Assembly (NCBI GenBank): GCA_965649825.1
Contig: OZ287706.1
Location: 620,001 to 684,000, forward strand
Source: Penicillus capitatus
Lineage: Eukaryota; Plantae; Chlorophyta
Length of the DNA: 64,000 nt
Direction: 5' to 3'
Shown: positions 60,431-64,000 of the stretch, piece by piece
How positions within the stretch are numbered: position 1 is the stretch's first letter
Layout: each line of letters begins with the position of its first letter
Notes under the pieces: model-generated
The model's database searches: none
The model's input: the letters and a program-made list of their open reading frames with translations, nothing else
What the model was told of the DNA's origin: nothing
Made by a program: the position numbers and the translations under genes

Positions 60431-60857
60431 CTCGACAAGTCGTCAGCAAAGTCGTCACGGACGCACGGAAGGAGGCGAAGTGGCACCAGAGTCGTCAGCG
60501 AAGTCGTCACCTGTGGGCATACGATTGGGTCGGCAACTTCACGACCGTGGGGATCGACCCGTATGCGGATGGTGCAGTTGGCCAGTTCGAGAAGTACGAC
60601 CGCGGGGGTTCGATTCCTGCGCCGGACACAGAGGAGGGTAGTCCCATCAGAGTTGACCCGGGTGTGTCTGGCGAGCCCGCGCCGAGTTGGATGGGTACGG
60701 CGGGGAAAGGACAACGTCGAGCCAGTTCGGGGGCCGACGATGGAGTCACCACCCGGACAAAAACTTTTGTCCTCTTGCCCTTCGATTCTTTTTGCCGCCG
60801 AAAACAAAGCTGTAAGGATTTGCTTTCGTGTCCGTCACGTTCGCCGCCGTCGCGCAA
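60431..60857 (+). mobile_element. Dispersed tRNA/5S-like composite element, copy 3
   Basis: A box 60570-60581, B box 60607-60617, TCCCATCAGA 60642-60651, T-run near 60788-60793. Confidence 0.65.
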
Positions 60858-61888
60858 CGTGAACCGCAGTTTTCGATCGGCAGCAAGCTCTGTTCTTCTT
60901 TACAGCTGTTCTAGCATACACACACGTCATTCATCTCATCAGATTCTCTACGTTAGTGCTTTAAGTCCTCATTATAGCTGCTTCTTCCTGAGTTACAGAG
61001 TGTAAATCTCGAAGGGGTTTCCTATTTCGTTGCGAAATGAATCCTCTTTATTCGGACAGTGTTAGCTGATCATTCTTTGACAATTCTTGGACAGAACGTA
61101 ATTTGCTCACTCGTCCGTGAGACATAAAGCGAACTCGAAGCCTCTGCCTGTTGCAAGGGGTCGTGGCTAATGCGCGAAGCTCTCCGCTATCTGGTGAGTT
61201 TATTTGGCTGGACAACGAATGCTATGACTGCTCGGTTCCGTCTAGTAGAGATTGGCTTGTGATAGTCGACACACAATCGAGACGACTGTAGCCGAAAACG
61301 CCACGAAAACGTCTGTTTAAACAAAGATATTCGACAAATCGCTATTCCGTGAACCATGTTTGCGCAGGTTTTCTGTTCTACTCGAAAATTGCAGATACTT
61401 TAAAAGTGGGTCAATCGCAAACCGCCGTCTCTTCAACGGACACAGCAAAGATTCAATCATCCGGTCTTTTCTCTCGGCATACGTGAGAGGCTTCCTCTCT
61501 CATTGACAAGAAAACGGCGTTACTTTTTTTGTCTGGTCTTTTTTGCTGTTCACAATAACAATGCACAAACCTGTCTATACCGTTATCCAGATCCTTCAAT
61601 TAGAACAGTGAAGAATCAACGTCGTTCGAAGAAAATGAACTTGGCTAATCGGATGTCTGGCGACGGGAGGAAGCATGAAGATATACAAACTTTTGCTATC
61701 TGTCTGCAGTCTACCAGCGAGCCATTTGAGTAGCCGCGTACGTTGCCCTCAACAGAGTCAAACGGTGAAGCTAAAGTCGCAGGAGAAGCTCTGAGAAACG
61801 CTTTCTATTGAGCAGATTCTGACGGCGACGTTTGCTGTTGTCGTACAGTCATCGATGCTTGACTGTGTTTGTCGTGTTCGTCGGACAG

Positions 61889-63868
<1,980 letters not shown>

Positions 63869-64000
63869 TAGACGTTAGACGACGATGCGATGTGACCAGA
63901 AGCGTATTTTGCACTTGCCAATCTTATCGACAGCGAATGGCTATGTCTCGAGAACGTGTCTCTATCGTTGCGAAAAGAGTTCCTCGATCTGCAGCTGAAG

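Overview
Gene-dense eukaryotic nuclear DNA with short (about 45-60 nt) GT-AG introns and the standard genetic code. Plastid-targeted proteins (RBD1 rubredoxin, RbfA, DUF3593, DUF3611), flagellar proteins (B9D2, CFAP119-like) and NAMPT point to a green alga, possibly an ulvophyte (inference). About 35 protein-coding genes are recognisable. They sit in tightly packed clusters separated by gene-poor stretches that hold decayed gene fragments. Main highlights: (1) a three-copy dispersed element of about 430 bp in which a tRNA-type A/B-box promoter is fused to a 117-118 nt unit with 5S rRNA-like sequence and fold, preceded by repeated AGTCGTCA motifs; (2) an inverted NAMPT duplication whose derived copy carries an orphan LSM8 exon, has lost a candidate targeting exon and has Ala at the Asp219-equivalent specificity residue, with patchy identity suggesting gene conversion; (3) same-strand gene pairs only 30-85 bp apart, which are polycistron candidates. 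Spliced gene boundaries and all family assignments were made by eye from recalled motifs, without database searches, and some start codons are approximate.
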